Below are positions 11,849-27,359 of a stretch of DNA of 64,000 bases, in pieces (position 1 is the first letter of the stretch; the number at the start of each line of letters is the position of its first letter). The notes under the pieces are model-generated. The model worked only from the letters and a program-made list of their open reading frames with translations, was not told the DNA's origin and did no database searches. Made by a program: the position numbers and the translations under genes. The stretch comes from the human T2T-CHM13v2.0 reference genome, Homo sapiens, in the NCBI RefSeq assembly GCF_009914755.1, contig NC_060942.1; one strand, 5' to 3'.

Positions 11849-13149
11849 CAGCATCAAGAAATTCCAAACATTTGTTGCCTTAAAGTCCATTTTGGACTAT
11901 GAGCTGTAACAAATAAATTAACAATAAATAAGTGAGGAAAATCCCCTTTATAACAAAAGCTCCCTACGACTGACATTCTGGATTTCCAAATTTGGCTTCT
12001 CATAATAAATGCTGAAAAACATGCCTGCCCCACACCCCTGGCTAAAGGTCAGCAAAACAGAAAAGATAATCCAACACAGTAAAGACCATGCCAGTCAGGA
12101 AGTCCAAATATATGCACAATGGAACTTTGCTCATTTTGATGTGAGACCTTTCTGGCCTTTCAATATTTTAACTTGCCATCCTTCCCAAGACTGGATTCTT
12201 TCTCACTGCATGTGGGATGTTACCCAGCAGATATACGGGTGCTCCTTCAGAGTCTGTTCTGGCTCAGAAGATGGATTCCCATCCCTGCCAACTTGAGTGT
12301 TTTTTTCAGTGCAAGAGCCATGTTCCCTGCATGTAGAACATTAAATATGAAATGTATAGCTGTTCCTGTAGTGTGAAGTTCCCAAGAGTGTCTGCTTCTC
12401 AAATTGTAGTCCTCAGTGCCTGTCTTCACCATACCCTACAAATTATGGCAGACATTAGAGTCCCTGACTCTCCTATTAACAAACTCTTCTACAAATAATC
12501 CCCATGGGGACTGTGCAGAGGGCACACAGGCACAATGACCCTGTGCATTGCCACTCGTGTCTTTGACCCAAACACCAATGGGCTTAGCAAGCTTAATTGG
12601 ACTATGAGTGGACCACAAGAATTTCTTGACCCATCAAGTTTAAAGCCTAGAGGAGAAATAGGCCAAGTAATCACTTCAACCCTCTCCCCCTAGATCTCGT
12701 GGGCGTAGCTAGCCTTCTGGATCCAATTATTCTGACAATGAGAGAGATATACCAGTGTAGAGCCAAAATTATTATAAATGAATCAAATTAGGCAGTTATT
12801 TGGAGCCTCACCATGAAAGAATAAAGCTAGATTTCAGATCTAGAGTAAAATAACTACCAACATCTTCAATAACGCAGATTGTCATCCCTGAACATGTTTT
12901 TACTCCACTCCTCAAGTGGAGTTTATGTTAATTATGCAATAAATATGCATACTTGCTGCAAATTGAGGGTTGAAATGGATTTGAGACCTTACCAAATAAA
13001 ACAGGCCAAATAAAAACATTCTGTATACTACGTAAAATATAAAATGTGCAATAATACAGGAAACAATTAAAAAATTAAATTTTCACTTTTGTGAAAGTTG
13101 GTATCTAACTAACATTTAGCCCAACTGAACCCTGTTTTCGTTTGGAATT

Positions 13150-13640
13150 CCATGTTGCTTCAATTAGCAGAAAACCCAGCTAATCGTTGCTTACAGATAA
13201 ATAATTTTATTGGTCTCACATAACAAAAAGTGAAAGAGCAGGAGGCCCAGCATTGCACAGCTCTTCTAGAATGTTCTGCTATCACATGCTCATTCTTCTT
13301 TTTGCTTAGCTGTCATCATCAGTACCTGGCTTTCACCCATGGGTGACAGAGGGCTAATGTATTCCTTGGCATAGTGTCTATGTTGCAGGGGGATGGGGGA
13401 GACAGGTAAAGATCTGTGGGTAGAGAAGAACACCAACAGGGTCTGTTCCTTTTTAAAAATTTAACCTAAGCACCACCCAGCAGCCTCTGCTTCCATCTCC
13501 CTGGTCAGAACTGGGTCAACTAACTGCTCAGGGCTGGAGGAAAATGAGGAGTTAACTGTGTTTAGCTTTCTTGTCATTAGCAGAGGAAGGCACGAAGTAA
13601 AGGGTTTATGAATAGCTTTAGCCAAACTGCAAACTTCAAT
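13150..13640 (-). mobile_element. Old MaLR LTR (MLT1K/L-like)
   Basis: CAGAAAACCCAGCT...TCTCACATAACAAAAAG and CTCCCTGGTCAGAACTGGGTCA motifs recalled from old MLT1 LTRs. Confidence 0.55.
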
Positions 13641-13683
13641 CAACCACTTAGAGCTCAGATATTCACTGACGAAGCACAAGTAT

Positions 13684-13693
13684 CTCTCTCTGT

Positions 13694-13724
<31 letters not shown>

Positions 13725-13732
13725 AAACACAC
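13684..13732. repeat. (CT)n(CA)n microsatellite
   Basis: Read directly from the sequence. Confidence 0.9.
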
Positions 13733-14392
13733 AGCTTTTCTATTTGTAACGATCATCAGAATTCAGTGACCAAGATTTACTAGTCGAGTATAAAAAGTCA
13801 GTTACCACTGGCTGATAAATGATAAATATAAAGTGAGTCTATGAGAAACAGGCAACATGACAGAGGCAGAAAATTCCAATTACCTCACATACAAGAAATG
13901 AAAACTTTGAAATAATGTACTTGCATTCCTTGCATCTAGAGGCTGACTATGCCTAATATCTCTGATACCTGTGGTATGGAAAAGAAAATTCCCAAACTGT
14001 GGGGTTCAATGATGCCAGTAATCTTCCAAAAAGTAAACTTGGGAACCACTATAGGGTTGCCACCTGTTGATTTTGCCAAGATAGGACATACTACCTTCTA
14101 TCACCATAATCACATAAAGAAAAGGCCAATTTGACTGACACTGCGTTGTTCTTATTTTTTCCTATTTCTCACAGTACTGGAAAGAAATGTGTAAATGACT
14201 GGCCTAGGATCTAATTGCTTTAAGTTTCTCTCCCACATTCTGCCTTCTTTCTTATACACACCAAACTGGTGCCCACTAGTTTTTTGAAGGCCAGAGGTTC
14301 ACTACATTGTAGGCTCTTTTAAAAGACAAGCATTCCAAGGGTTTCAAGAAAGAAAAATAATATTTTAAGGCACTTTATATCATAGAGATTTT

Positions 14393-14681
<289 letters not shown>

Positions 14682-15169
14682 TCAAAGAGATTTTTAAGCT
14701 TTTGGCCTCACTCTCAGTTCTACCTCTGATCCATCATCAGCCATCTATCTAAAAAGTAAAGTAGAGGGACTAAGCCACAGTCCCCATAGTGTTGGTCTGG
14801 AAATAGATACTATATTATTCAAATTAGTACTGCTGTAGGGCAATGTCTCATCAAAATTGTTCTGCAGTGTTTGATGGATCCATTGAGGTTCCTGAAAGAT
14901 TTCTGTGCCAAATAGAGTAAAGTTAACACTTAATAGCAGGTCTGCCCCTCTGGTACCTCCACCTTCAACCACATCAGGATGGCTTTGTCTCTTTTATCAG
15001 TTAATATTCCTCATAAGATTTTGTTTGTAAAGATGGTTTTACTGTTGTAAAATAACAACAATAATAATTCTGAAAAACAATCATATAAAGTTCCTCAATC
15101 AGTCACTATTTTCTCCTGATGTGAATTGAATACAACTCTGTGTATCATTTTACGCTTAAATGAAATTTT

Positions 15170-16208
15170 GTTTTTTATTTTGGATTCAGAGGGTTCATGT
15201 GCAAGGTTGTTACATGGATATACTTAATGATGCTGGTGTTTGGGGTATGGATGGTCCTGTCACTGAGGTGTTGAGCATAGTACCCTATAGGTAGTTTTTC
15301 AGCCCATGCCCCCCTCCTCCCCCCACAACTAGAGTGGTCCCCAGTGTCTATTGTTTGCAGCTTTATGTCTGTGTGCATTCAATGTTTAGCTCCCACTTAT
15401 GAGTAAGAACAAATTTATGGCTAAGTCCCCAAAAGCAATTGCAAGAAAAACAAAAATTGATGAGCGGTACCTAATTAAATTAAAAAGCTTTTGCAAAGCA
15501 AAAGAAATTCAACAGGGTAAACAGATAACTAAGAGTCGGGGAAAAATTCGCAAACTATGCATCTGACACAGGTCTAACATCCAGAATCTACGAGGAACTT
15601 AAACAAATCAACAAGCAAAAAACAAATAATCCAAATAAAAAATGGACAAAGGACATGAACAGTCACTTCTCAAAAGAAGATGTACAAATGGACAACAAAC
15701 ATGAAAAATTGTTCAACGTCAGTAATCACCATAGAAATGCACATTAGAATCACAATTAGACAACATCTCACACTAGTCAGAATGGCTATTATTAAAAAGG
15801 CAGACGCTGATGAGGCTGTGGAGAAAAGACAATGCTTACACACTGTTGGTGAGAATGCAAATCAGTTTAGCCACTGTGGAAAGCAATTTGGAGATTTCTC
15901 AGAGAATTTAGAACAGAGCTTCCATTTGACCCAGCAATCCTATTACTGAGTATATACCCAAGTGAAAATAAATAATTCAACCAAAAAGACACATGCACTC
16001 ATATGTTCATTGCAGCACTATTCACAATAGCAAATACATGAAATCAAACTAAGCATTCATTAATGGTGGATTGGATAAAGAAAATGTGATACATACCTGC
16101 CATAGAATACTATGCAGCCTTAAAAAAGGAAGAAAATTATGTCCTTTGCAGCAATGTGGATGCAGCTAGAGGCCAATATCCTAAGCATATTAATGCAAGA
16201 GCAGAAAA
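15170..16208. mobile_element. Old L1PA (about PA15/16) minus-strand insertion with 5' inversion: minus 15170-15410, plus 15411-16208
   Basis: T-rich tail plus reverse 3'UTR, then forward ORF2 end stopping just upstream of where the reverse arm starts; TSD TTAAATGAAATTTT (15156-15169) / TTAAATGAATTTTT (16209-16222). Confidence 0.92.
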
Positions 16209-16404
16209 TTAAATGAATTTTTAAACATAGAATTATAAAGCCACATTTTGAAAATCTTACACATTAAAAACAAATTTTTTACAATAAAAATGAGAGTATT
16301 TGTCACATAAATGTAGAAATTTCTAATAAAGACAAAAAACACTCAGAATTTGTTTTCTCACAAGAAAATATTTTATATCTTAAAGCAAGGAAAAATTAAG
16401 GCTC

Positions 16405-16650
16405 TATACACAGAAGAAATAAGTTCTATTGTTCAATAGCACAGCAGGGCAATTATAGTTAACAACAATGTATTTTACAATTCAAGGTGGCTAGAAGAGA
16501 TTTGAAATGTTCCCAACACAAAGAAATGCTAAATGCTTGAGGTCATGGATATCCTAATTATCCTGACTTGATCATTATACATTCTACGCATGTATCAAAA
16601 TATCACATATACCCCATCAATATGTATAAATACTATGTATCAATTAAATA
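16405..16650 (+). mobile_element. L1MA 3'UTR fragment
   Basis: GAAATAAGTTCT...TGTTCCCAACACAAAGAAATG...TTGATCATTATACATT...TATGTATCAATTAAA. Confidence 0.85.
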
Positions 16651-17059
16651 TCTTATACATTTTTGGGGTAAAATAAAAATCTGTCTCTGAGTAGACAGAG
16701 CTAATGTAACAACAATTTAGCTACATGGTTGAAAATTTGCCCAATGTATGGTGAAAACGTAGGAGCATAAGGCCAATGGGAAGAGACAAAGACATAAAAT
16801 TGTTGGTGACACCCTCCGGCATCACACCTATATGTCCTTCAGCTACTGGCCACGCCTTCTCTTCCACATTGCTTCCATTCTCTTCAAGGGCCATGACTAC
16901 TCAACGTGTTAACTTGCTTGTTTAGTCATCCTTATCATTCATCTCCCTGTAACCCAAATTTGAATCTCCTTGTGTGTTTCCTCCTGAATGGTATCCTGGT
17001 GCCCACACTAGACACATGAAAACCTCAATTTCTCAAATTCTCTCACTCACTGGTTTATG

Positions 17060-19110
<2,051 letters not shown>

Positions 19111-19498
19111 TTAATTAATTTAGGAGTAGATAAATTGAAAGATGAAGATGCATACATTATTAACTTTTTAATACTCAAACTTTTGGATTTCATAACATTT
19201 GTTATTTTATATTAAAATTTGAGTCTTCAAATGTTCCTAGATACTCAATACTGCCAAAAACCTGATCAAAATTCATCAAGTCCTTATTACCCAGAGTATT
19301 ATCTGCTAATAATGAGCATAGAAAGAGAAGCTGAGTATAAAATGTTCTTTCATAGGGGAAAAGAGAGAAAGACAGACTTACCTGCAAATAACCAACTAAT
19401 TTCCTATCTCCAAGCTGTAAATTTATGGTTTTAAATCCAGTCCAGGCACCAGTGTACAAACGTAATAATTAATCCAGTCAACTCATTCCTATCTTGCG

Positions 19499-20027
19499 TG
19501 CTATTTCCTCTGCTTGGAACACTCGGCAACTTTATGGCAGCCCCTTAAGATCTCAAAAAAAAAATTACTTCCTCTGGAATACCATGACATGAAACAACCT
19601 CAACTAGGCTTTTTAGCTCTTTCTCGTGTAACAAACTGTTTTTCATGTGTGTTCACATGGAATTTAAACATAATATTTATTTCTCAAGATCAATTTTAGT
19701 CATTTTTATTCAATCCACCACAAATAATCAAAACTCCTTGAGTATACATTAAACATTTCATACAAGATTGTCCTTAACCTCAAAAACATATAGCTTAGTG
19801 TCAGAGATAGACATTTGCCAGGCAACAGACTGTAATAAGTGGCATATGCTATTTCTTCTGCTTGGAACACTCTTTCTCCTATCTTATGGCAGTCTCTTAA
19901 GATCTCAAATAAACATTACTTTCTCTGGAAAATCACGACATGCAACTATCTTGTCCTAGCAGTTCAAGTTGGCTTTTTAGCTCTTTCTCATGTAACAAAC
20001 TTTTTTCATCTATGTTGACATGGAATT
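19499..20027 (+). repeat. Diverged direct repeat, two copies (19499-19664 and 19847-20027)
   Basis: Colinear shared blocks TGCTATTTC.TCTGCTTGGAACACTC, TTAAGATCTCAAA, GGCTTTTTAGCTCTTTCTC.TGTAACAAACT and ACATGGAATT. Confidence 0.9.
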
Positions 20028-23000
20028 GTCTCTTAGAAGTCGTGGTACATTAAAACATAGGCCATTCTATTGCCAGAAATTAATCACAAAAGTGATAACA
20101 GAAAGAGAATAAAAACATCAAATTGTCTCCATTCTTTATGTCATACATTACATCATGCGAATTTTTGTGTTTGTGCCACTTAGTAATATATCTGTTAGAG
20201 AACAGATGGAAGGCATAGAGGTTTTAAACAGCAGGAGCGGTGATTTAATCAGATTTGTACATTAGAAAAATCACTTGTCCTGGATTGTACGCAAAGATCC
20301 ATTTGGAAGCAAATTCTATAATCTCAGTGAGAAATGAAGGGGATATTTGAAGATTTAAAAAAAAAATGTTGCAAAATTTGAGAGCTATGCATAGTGCTGA
20401 ATCCATACAACATAGATGATTGACTGGAGGTTGGGAGTTATGAAACAAGAAAAGGCAAAGATGACAGACATCTAGGTTTCTAAGTTCAGGACACTAGGAC
20501 TAGTAAGGCCCCTCAGTGAGTGAAAATTTAAAAAAACAAACAAAAAAAACCATGTAACTTGAGAGAGAACATAATGAACTCTTTCAGAAAGGGTTTATGT
20601 TAGATCTGACACTGAATATGGGCTGATGAATTTATGAACTTGGTAATAATGTGGCATATTGTCAACACCCCAATCTTCTATTGGTAATGAACAGACAGTC
20701 CTGAACCCTTTGCGATATGAGCTCTTTAGAGACCTTGATGAAAACTGTGGAGTTAAGTCACCAGCAAAAATTATTATGAGCCACACAACTTAATAAATTC
20801 ACCAGTTCCCTACATGCTGGACCACTGGATTCTACTTGATGATTCCCTGTTCAAGTAATTAGATGTGTTGACATTAATCCAAGCTGGATTCCCTCCTAAC
20901 AAGAGGATAAATGTCAATGAATCATGAATAAAGAATATGGAAGAATAAAGGTTAAAAGAGTGAGTGAATTAACCCATTCAGCCTAATAGTTTTTTTACCT
21001 AATGAAATAATTTTTAAAACACTACAAATGTTCAAACTTATGCTTTTCCTTCATTTACCTCATTTTTGTTCATCTTGTATATTTTTGGTAATACCTTATT
21101 TATGATGAGATTTTGATTCAAGGCTTTTTTATAAAAATAAGATTTGCCCACATGCATCTTTGGAAGTGAATATACAATTCTGTTTTCAGGCTTAATCACC
21201 ACCAGGCTTTCCTCCTCCCTGAAGAAAGCATTTGAAAAGTCTGTGAAATGACCATATATTTATTGAAGGGATTGAAGGGTTACACAAGGGTGAAGAAGGT
21301 GCTAGCAAACAAGCTAATTAATTCTCTTGATTTGAATATGAATGCTAAGGTTATAGTCACTAGGACTTAACTCTACAAAAATTCAGCACCTTATTTACCA
21401 TATTAAATCCTCCCAACTAATTACTGTATAAATAAAACAACCGCTTTTTCACATTCACGATCTGGATACCAACCAAAGCACAGCATTATAATAATTTTGA
21501 ATTGTACATTTAGGGCAAAAACAATCTTGGAAGAATAATACAGTTAAAAAAATGCAAACCAGTCTCAAATAATTCTCTGCTTTTCATACAAAGTCAACAA
21601 TACTGAGGCATGTTCAAGTAAAATTCATATGAAGCAGGTATTGGTAATCAGGTCATCAAACAAGTAATGTGGACAGTGAGAATGTAGTGTCTGTAGAGCC
21701 AAAGACATCAGAGGCAGCTCAGTTCAATATCTTCTAAACCAGCTCACAGATGGAAGCTTTAATGATCAAATCAATGTGTTGGAGAAAAAGCATCCAGTTT
21801 TTAAATTATAGCTTTATTCAACATATTTACAATGCTTTTCCTTTCCTGTACATACACCACCATGATGACATATCACAATGATTTCATCAGGAAAAAAAAA
21901 TGTTCAAATCCTTTGTGAATTTCTATGTAAGGAATGTAAGGAAAAATGAAAATATAGCCATTTTGTTTGCATAGCTATTTCATGTTCTTTTGAATGATCT
22001 ATAAGGGAGTTGCTATTTATATTTCTGCTCTTTTTTCTTTTTACAAAAGAAATTGCTCATCTATAATTACAGTTATATGGTACAGGGTTTTCTTATTGAA
22101 TTTTCCTTTTCAATGGAATTGATTTCTTTATTGACTCTGGAAGTGAAAACTAGTAAGTAGAATCTGGCATAAAAAGAATATTTGGCCATATGCTTATATC
22201 ATTTGCTATAATCTGAACTCAACTAGAATACTAATTGCTTTTGGCTTCTCACACAAATGAAAGGGCACATTTACCAATGGAAAAGTCACTGACTTTTCCA
22301 AACAGGTATATAAATCCACTCTGAGATTTACTTGAATCTTTAACTGAAGAAATTATGCAAAGGAAAAACCAAATAAGTGATATGAGCTTGGCACAGTTAG
22401 CAACATTCTGGCTTAAAGAGAATTAGCATATAGTACAAGAAACTAGATACAGCATCATTCCCGTCTGCTTTTGTCATATGGCTCAGGAATGAAGACAATG
22501 AATGATTATGACTGGAATGCTAGTTGGCTAAAAAAATAAACTCAGGGAGTCCAAATAACTGTACATTTCTGGACACTTCAAATTTGCCAAGATTTCTAAC
22601 AAATATGCATGTTTGATCATAAGAAAGGCTGTTTTGGAAACTGTTGATGACTCAATTTGTCTCTATAATCACTATGAGAAAAATCAAAGGCACCACCTGT
22701 GCAATATGGAATTTGGAGGACTGTTGTCATGTCCAACAAACAACATGTTCAACCTGGTGAAAGCTGACTCCTTTCCTGGCTTAAAATTAGTCTGGTGTGC
22801 TCGTCTACTTGGCACTACTTACTGTTTCCTGAGATGGGTGATGATAAGCCTATTTGTAATCATGTGAATTCTTTCCTGCATTTTGACAGGCATACTTTGA
22901 GTTATTTGAGGCGATGAGGGTAATGATTTACCAGTGACATTTTACTGTCTGTTAAAGGAAAAAATGGCACCACACTTACATGATCCAGACATGAAAAAGG

Positions 23001-24286
23001 TTCAGCCTGTTGAAGACTGTGACAAAAAAAGTCTCATAATAAATTAAAAAGTAAGCTGTGATGCATTATATTTTGACTGTACATTACAAGTACTAGTACT
23101 GTTATTACTATGTGGTATTTTTTGTCTTTCTGTAATTCTGAGACACTTCAACCTGCAATGTCATGTTTTTCTTGTTATGATAGTTATTAGCAAGTATTAG
23201 AAATTTCATTTAGTGTTTTGATATGAAGCCATAGCACATAAATTTTGTTTCAAAAGCCCTTTTCATCAGAAAGATTAAAGCCAATTTCAAGCAGATATGT
23301 CTCTACTTAAAAACACAGACAAATTTCTCTTTCAAAAAATAAAAACTATGGTAAAATTTCATAAGAGGTGCAAGTTAGGTGAAAAAAAAATGGAAGAAAA
23401 TATGTTTTACTGAGCCAAAGACGCTTTGTGTTTGTTGTGTTATATTGAGGGATGTTCTAAATTCACCTGTAACTGTTCTTGTTGATTTAGTTGATGACTC
23501 TGAAAATGGGCAAGAACTATGATTCTTGTTCTACTAAAAGCATGAATAAATATTAATAAACAGCAATCCCAGGTGAAATCGGTACTCAGATAATTCATTC
23601 CCTCTGAAAGGCTGCTCCTTGTCAATGTTAATTCTGAGGGCAAAGGTGTGTTTTAAAAGCAATACAAACACATATCCCTCTCAAAAATATTCTACTTGGA
23701 AGGTGTTAGTACAGTAAGATCTAATTATTCCTGGTAGCCATGGTCCCTTACAGCACAAGATAAAATAAAACTAATATAATAACTTTTTCCTGCCAGAATT
23801 TTAGAAAACATTGTGTTCACTTGAACTCCACTATACCAAGAAGTTTTATCTGGGTGCAACCTGGAGCAGGAAAATGAGCCCTTCACTAAAAATGTATGAG
23901 ATGCAATATTACATTGTCTTCTTAATTCTCTCTTCAGTTGATTCCATGATCTAGACTCTCAGAAAATAAAAGGATCATGAAATAAACTCCTCATGTCACC
24001 ATGTTAATGTATATTTTGATATTCCCTGATTTCCAGTATGCCAAAATATTAAGGTTGTACTTGAAAAAAGCCCATGTTTTCTAAACTTGTGTATTGGTCA
24101 AGTAAGATTCACATGGGAAGGATGTTAAAAAATGAAAGTTACATTTTAAAAAGAAATTTTGAGACAATGAGTGACAGAACCAGCTAGAAAGAGTTTGCAG
24201 TTGTATGGGCATCCTAGGCTATTTCACTATGATAGGAAATATCAGGTGATTAGCAAAGTCAGAACAGATGCTAAGCACTCATATGA

Positions 24287-24634
<348 letters not shown>

Positions 24635-25859
24635 TAAATATGAAATCTCCTTTTGGCCTCTGCATAATGAGACTTATACTGCTTTATTTCCATTCCTTTA
24701 CATTGGTGGAATCTAGGCCATGCAAGGAGGGAAAAGGAGGAAATGAAGAGGGAAAGGAAGGAGAAGGCTGTATGAATGGCATATCTCCACAGTCCTAGAA
24801 GTTCTCAATTCTTTCAGGGATCCTTGAACGGAACAGAAGAGATTATAAGAGACTACACAGATGTTCCACTGAGACCAAAAACTTTCTACAGGCTCTCAAG
24901 AAGTGGAAAAAAGCCTGGCATGAATCCCACTGCATTCCAGCCATGACTTTGTTATTTAATTATTTCTCAGGATGGAAAAGGCATAGATTCAGAATCACAC
25001 AACTCTGTACTAGAGATCATCCAAATGTTTTAGAACAGAAAAATCATCATCTTTGAAAAGTAGTCACATTATTATTACAAAATATTTTAGAAAACAGTTA
25101 CGGTATGAAATCACTTAGGTATCATTTGACTGTAACTCTCTTCATTCCTGAGCCAAATGTGGCAAATAGTATTAACAATTTTATTTGAATTTTGAGCTTG
25201 CCAGTTAACGACTGTCCATTTATGCCCCCAGATGCCCCATTGCTCAATTCATAAGAAGGCCACATTCTGCATTTGCTTTGAGGTTTGCTAATACAAAACT
25301 GTAAGAGCTCCTCTCGGAATTCTGGGGGCTCCATATGCCCTGAAGCTTAAACAAGCCAATTCCTAAACTCAGTTAATGAGCAGACAGCAACATTCCATCG
25401 GCAGAAACAACAGTCAGGTTTTAGATACCAGGAAAAAGGTCCTGAATCTTCCCTTTACCTGAGAAAAAAAAATGTGCATGAAGGAAAAAATTCATTAAAA
25501 GCATTCTCTGGCTCAACCTGAACATCTCCAAATTAAAACAACATGAATCCTCTATCTTTTCACTGATTGAATTACTCTGATTTGTACAGCCATTTATTAA
25601 ATTAGAGGAGCATGCAATGCTATATATATTTTGGGTACAGAAACATGAAGATGAGAGTTCACAGGTCAATCCAACTTTTTAACCAATTTTTAATTTAGAC
25701 TTTGCAATTGCATAACAGTTCTCATCATTTTCAGATTTTCAAAGTTGCCCTCGAACTGCCTTTCAGATAATCTCTAGATTTTTGTTGACTGCTTCCTTTT
25801 TTCTTTGTTTTTTTTTTTAAACAAACCATATTTATTTACATTTTGCTTCCAAAGGGGCA

Positions 25860-26102
25860 AACTTTTGCAATCTATCCATCCGACAAAGGTCTAATATCCA
25901 GAATCTAAAAGGAACTTAAACAAATTTATAAGAAAAAAACAACCCCTTCAAAAAGTGGTCAAAGGCTATGAACAGGCACTTCTCAAAAGAAGACATTTAT
26001 GTGGCCAACAAACATGAAAAAAAGCTCATAATCACTGGTATTAGAGAAATGCAAATCAAAACCACAGTGAGATACCACCTCACGCCAGTTAGAATGGCAA
26101 TC
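25860..26102 (+). mobile_element. Internal L1PA ORF2 3' fragment, without its own 3'UTR
   Basis: [19 protein letters not shown]...[21 protein letters not shown]; abrupt ends on both sides. Confidence 0.92.
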
Positions 26103-27359
26103 CTCTTTTATTTTCTTTTTGACTCCCACAAATATTTTCTTTCTCTCTCAAGAAATAAAGTTATTTTTCCCTCTCAATTAAAAAGATTTTTTTCAGTCTT
26201 TATAGTGACAATGAGTACACCTCTCCCAGTGTTTAATTCTATTTCTTCATCTTTGTAACGCATGATATAATAACCTGCACCAATCTTTAAGGAAAAAAAA
26301 GAAAAAAAAAACAACAACAGTTCAGAACAGGCCCCATCTATTTTGATGCAGAACTTTCTTTCAGGTCCAGATGATCAAGAGAAACCTTGAAATAAGGAAT
26401 AAATAGCATAAAAAACAAGACTTTCATTTGATGGGATACAAATCCCTGCCTATTTAAGGTTTCCAATAATTGTTTTCAAATAACAACTCTCACGAACAAT
26501 GTTATAAGCAGTCAGTTCTGCAGAGTCCTAGAGTTGCCACATTCTCTTGTAGTTGAGTACCTAATTTAGGAATTTTGTCTAACCACAACAGACAAATTAG
26601 AGAAAACACTCCCTATCAAATAGGAAAAATCTGTTAGGGCTGCTTTTCACAAGTAAGGTTAATATATTACCATTTTAATTTTCAACAGGGGTCTTACTTC
26701 TTCTTAACACCCAAATATATACAGATACATATCATTTTAGACAGTTTTTCAATAAAGCAGTAAGGATTGTGAATTTTTTCCACTTGATGGCTTCATAGAT
26801 TAACTGCCTGTCCCAAATGTCTTGTTGAAAAGGTTAATATAACCTGCTTCATCATCATGTCCACACATGAGTTTTTGCACCTGTTTTGTTCCATATCTAA
26901 GAAAGAAATAACAACACTATTTATGTAATCCAATAACTTCAAATATATAGGCTACTCTTTCATCCTGCCATGAGACAATTTGGGGTGATTGCTAAGATTT
27001 AGTCACATATACTATCTGAAGCTAAATATTACTATGTATCACAGTCAGGAGACAGTAAGAATCTAAATGCCTATACCATGAAAGATGTTACAGAAATAAA
27101 CTCTAAAGCTAACTATTAAATAGAGTCTAAATCAAAGAACATGAATGAAGCTTGTGTTATGATTTGTGATTTTCTGAAAATCATAAAAATGATATTGTAA
27201 ACCAGGAATATATTTTTAAAATTCTATTATTGTAAAGCAATGTTGATTTAAATAAACATAATCTATTTAAGATATATCAAAAGATTTTGATTTTATTTCA
27301 TTTATTCTCCCTGAAAATTAGCCAGAAATTAATAGCGATAATACAATATACATATTGTA

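Noticed and set aside
12170-12620. Minus-strand peptides GVWVKDT and ICWVTSH reminiscent of retroelement integrase and RNase H motifs
   Set aside because: Motifs are very short and in the wrong order for a Gypsy/ERV pol; cannot be supported without a profile search
25797-26898. Whole segment as one minus-strand processed pseudogene ending ...LGVKKK* with a 3'UTR
   Set aside because: No TSD found at the right end, an intron-like acceptor is retained there, and the T-tract is better explained as part of the adjacent L1-linked insertion
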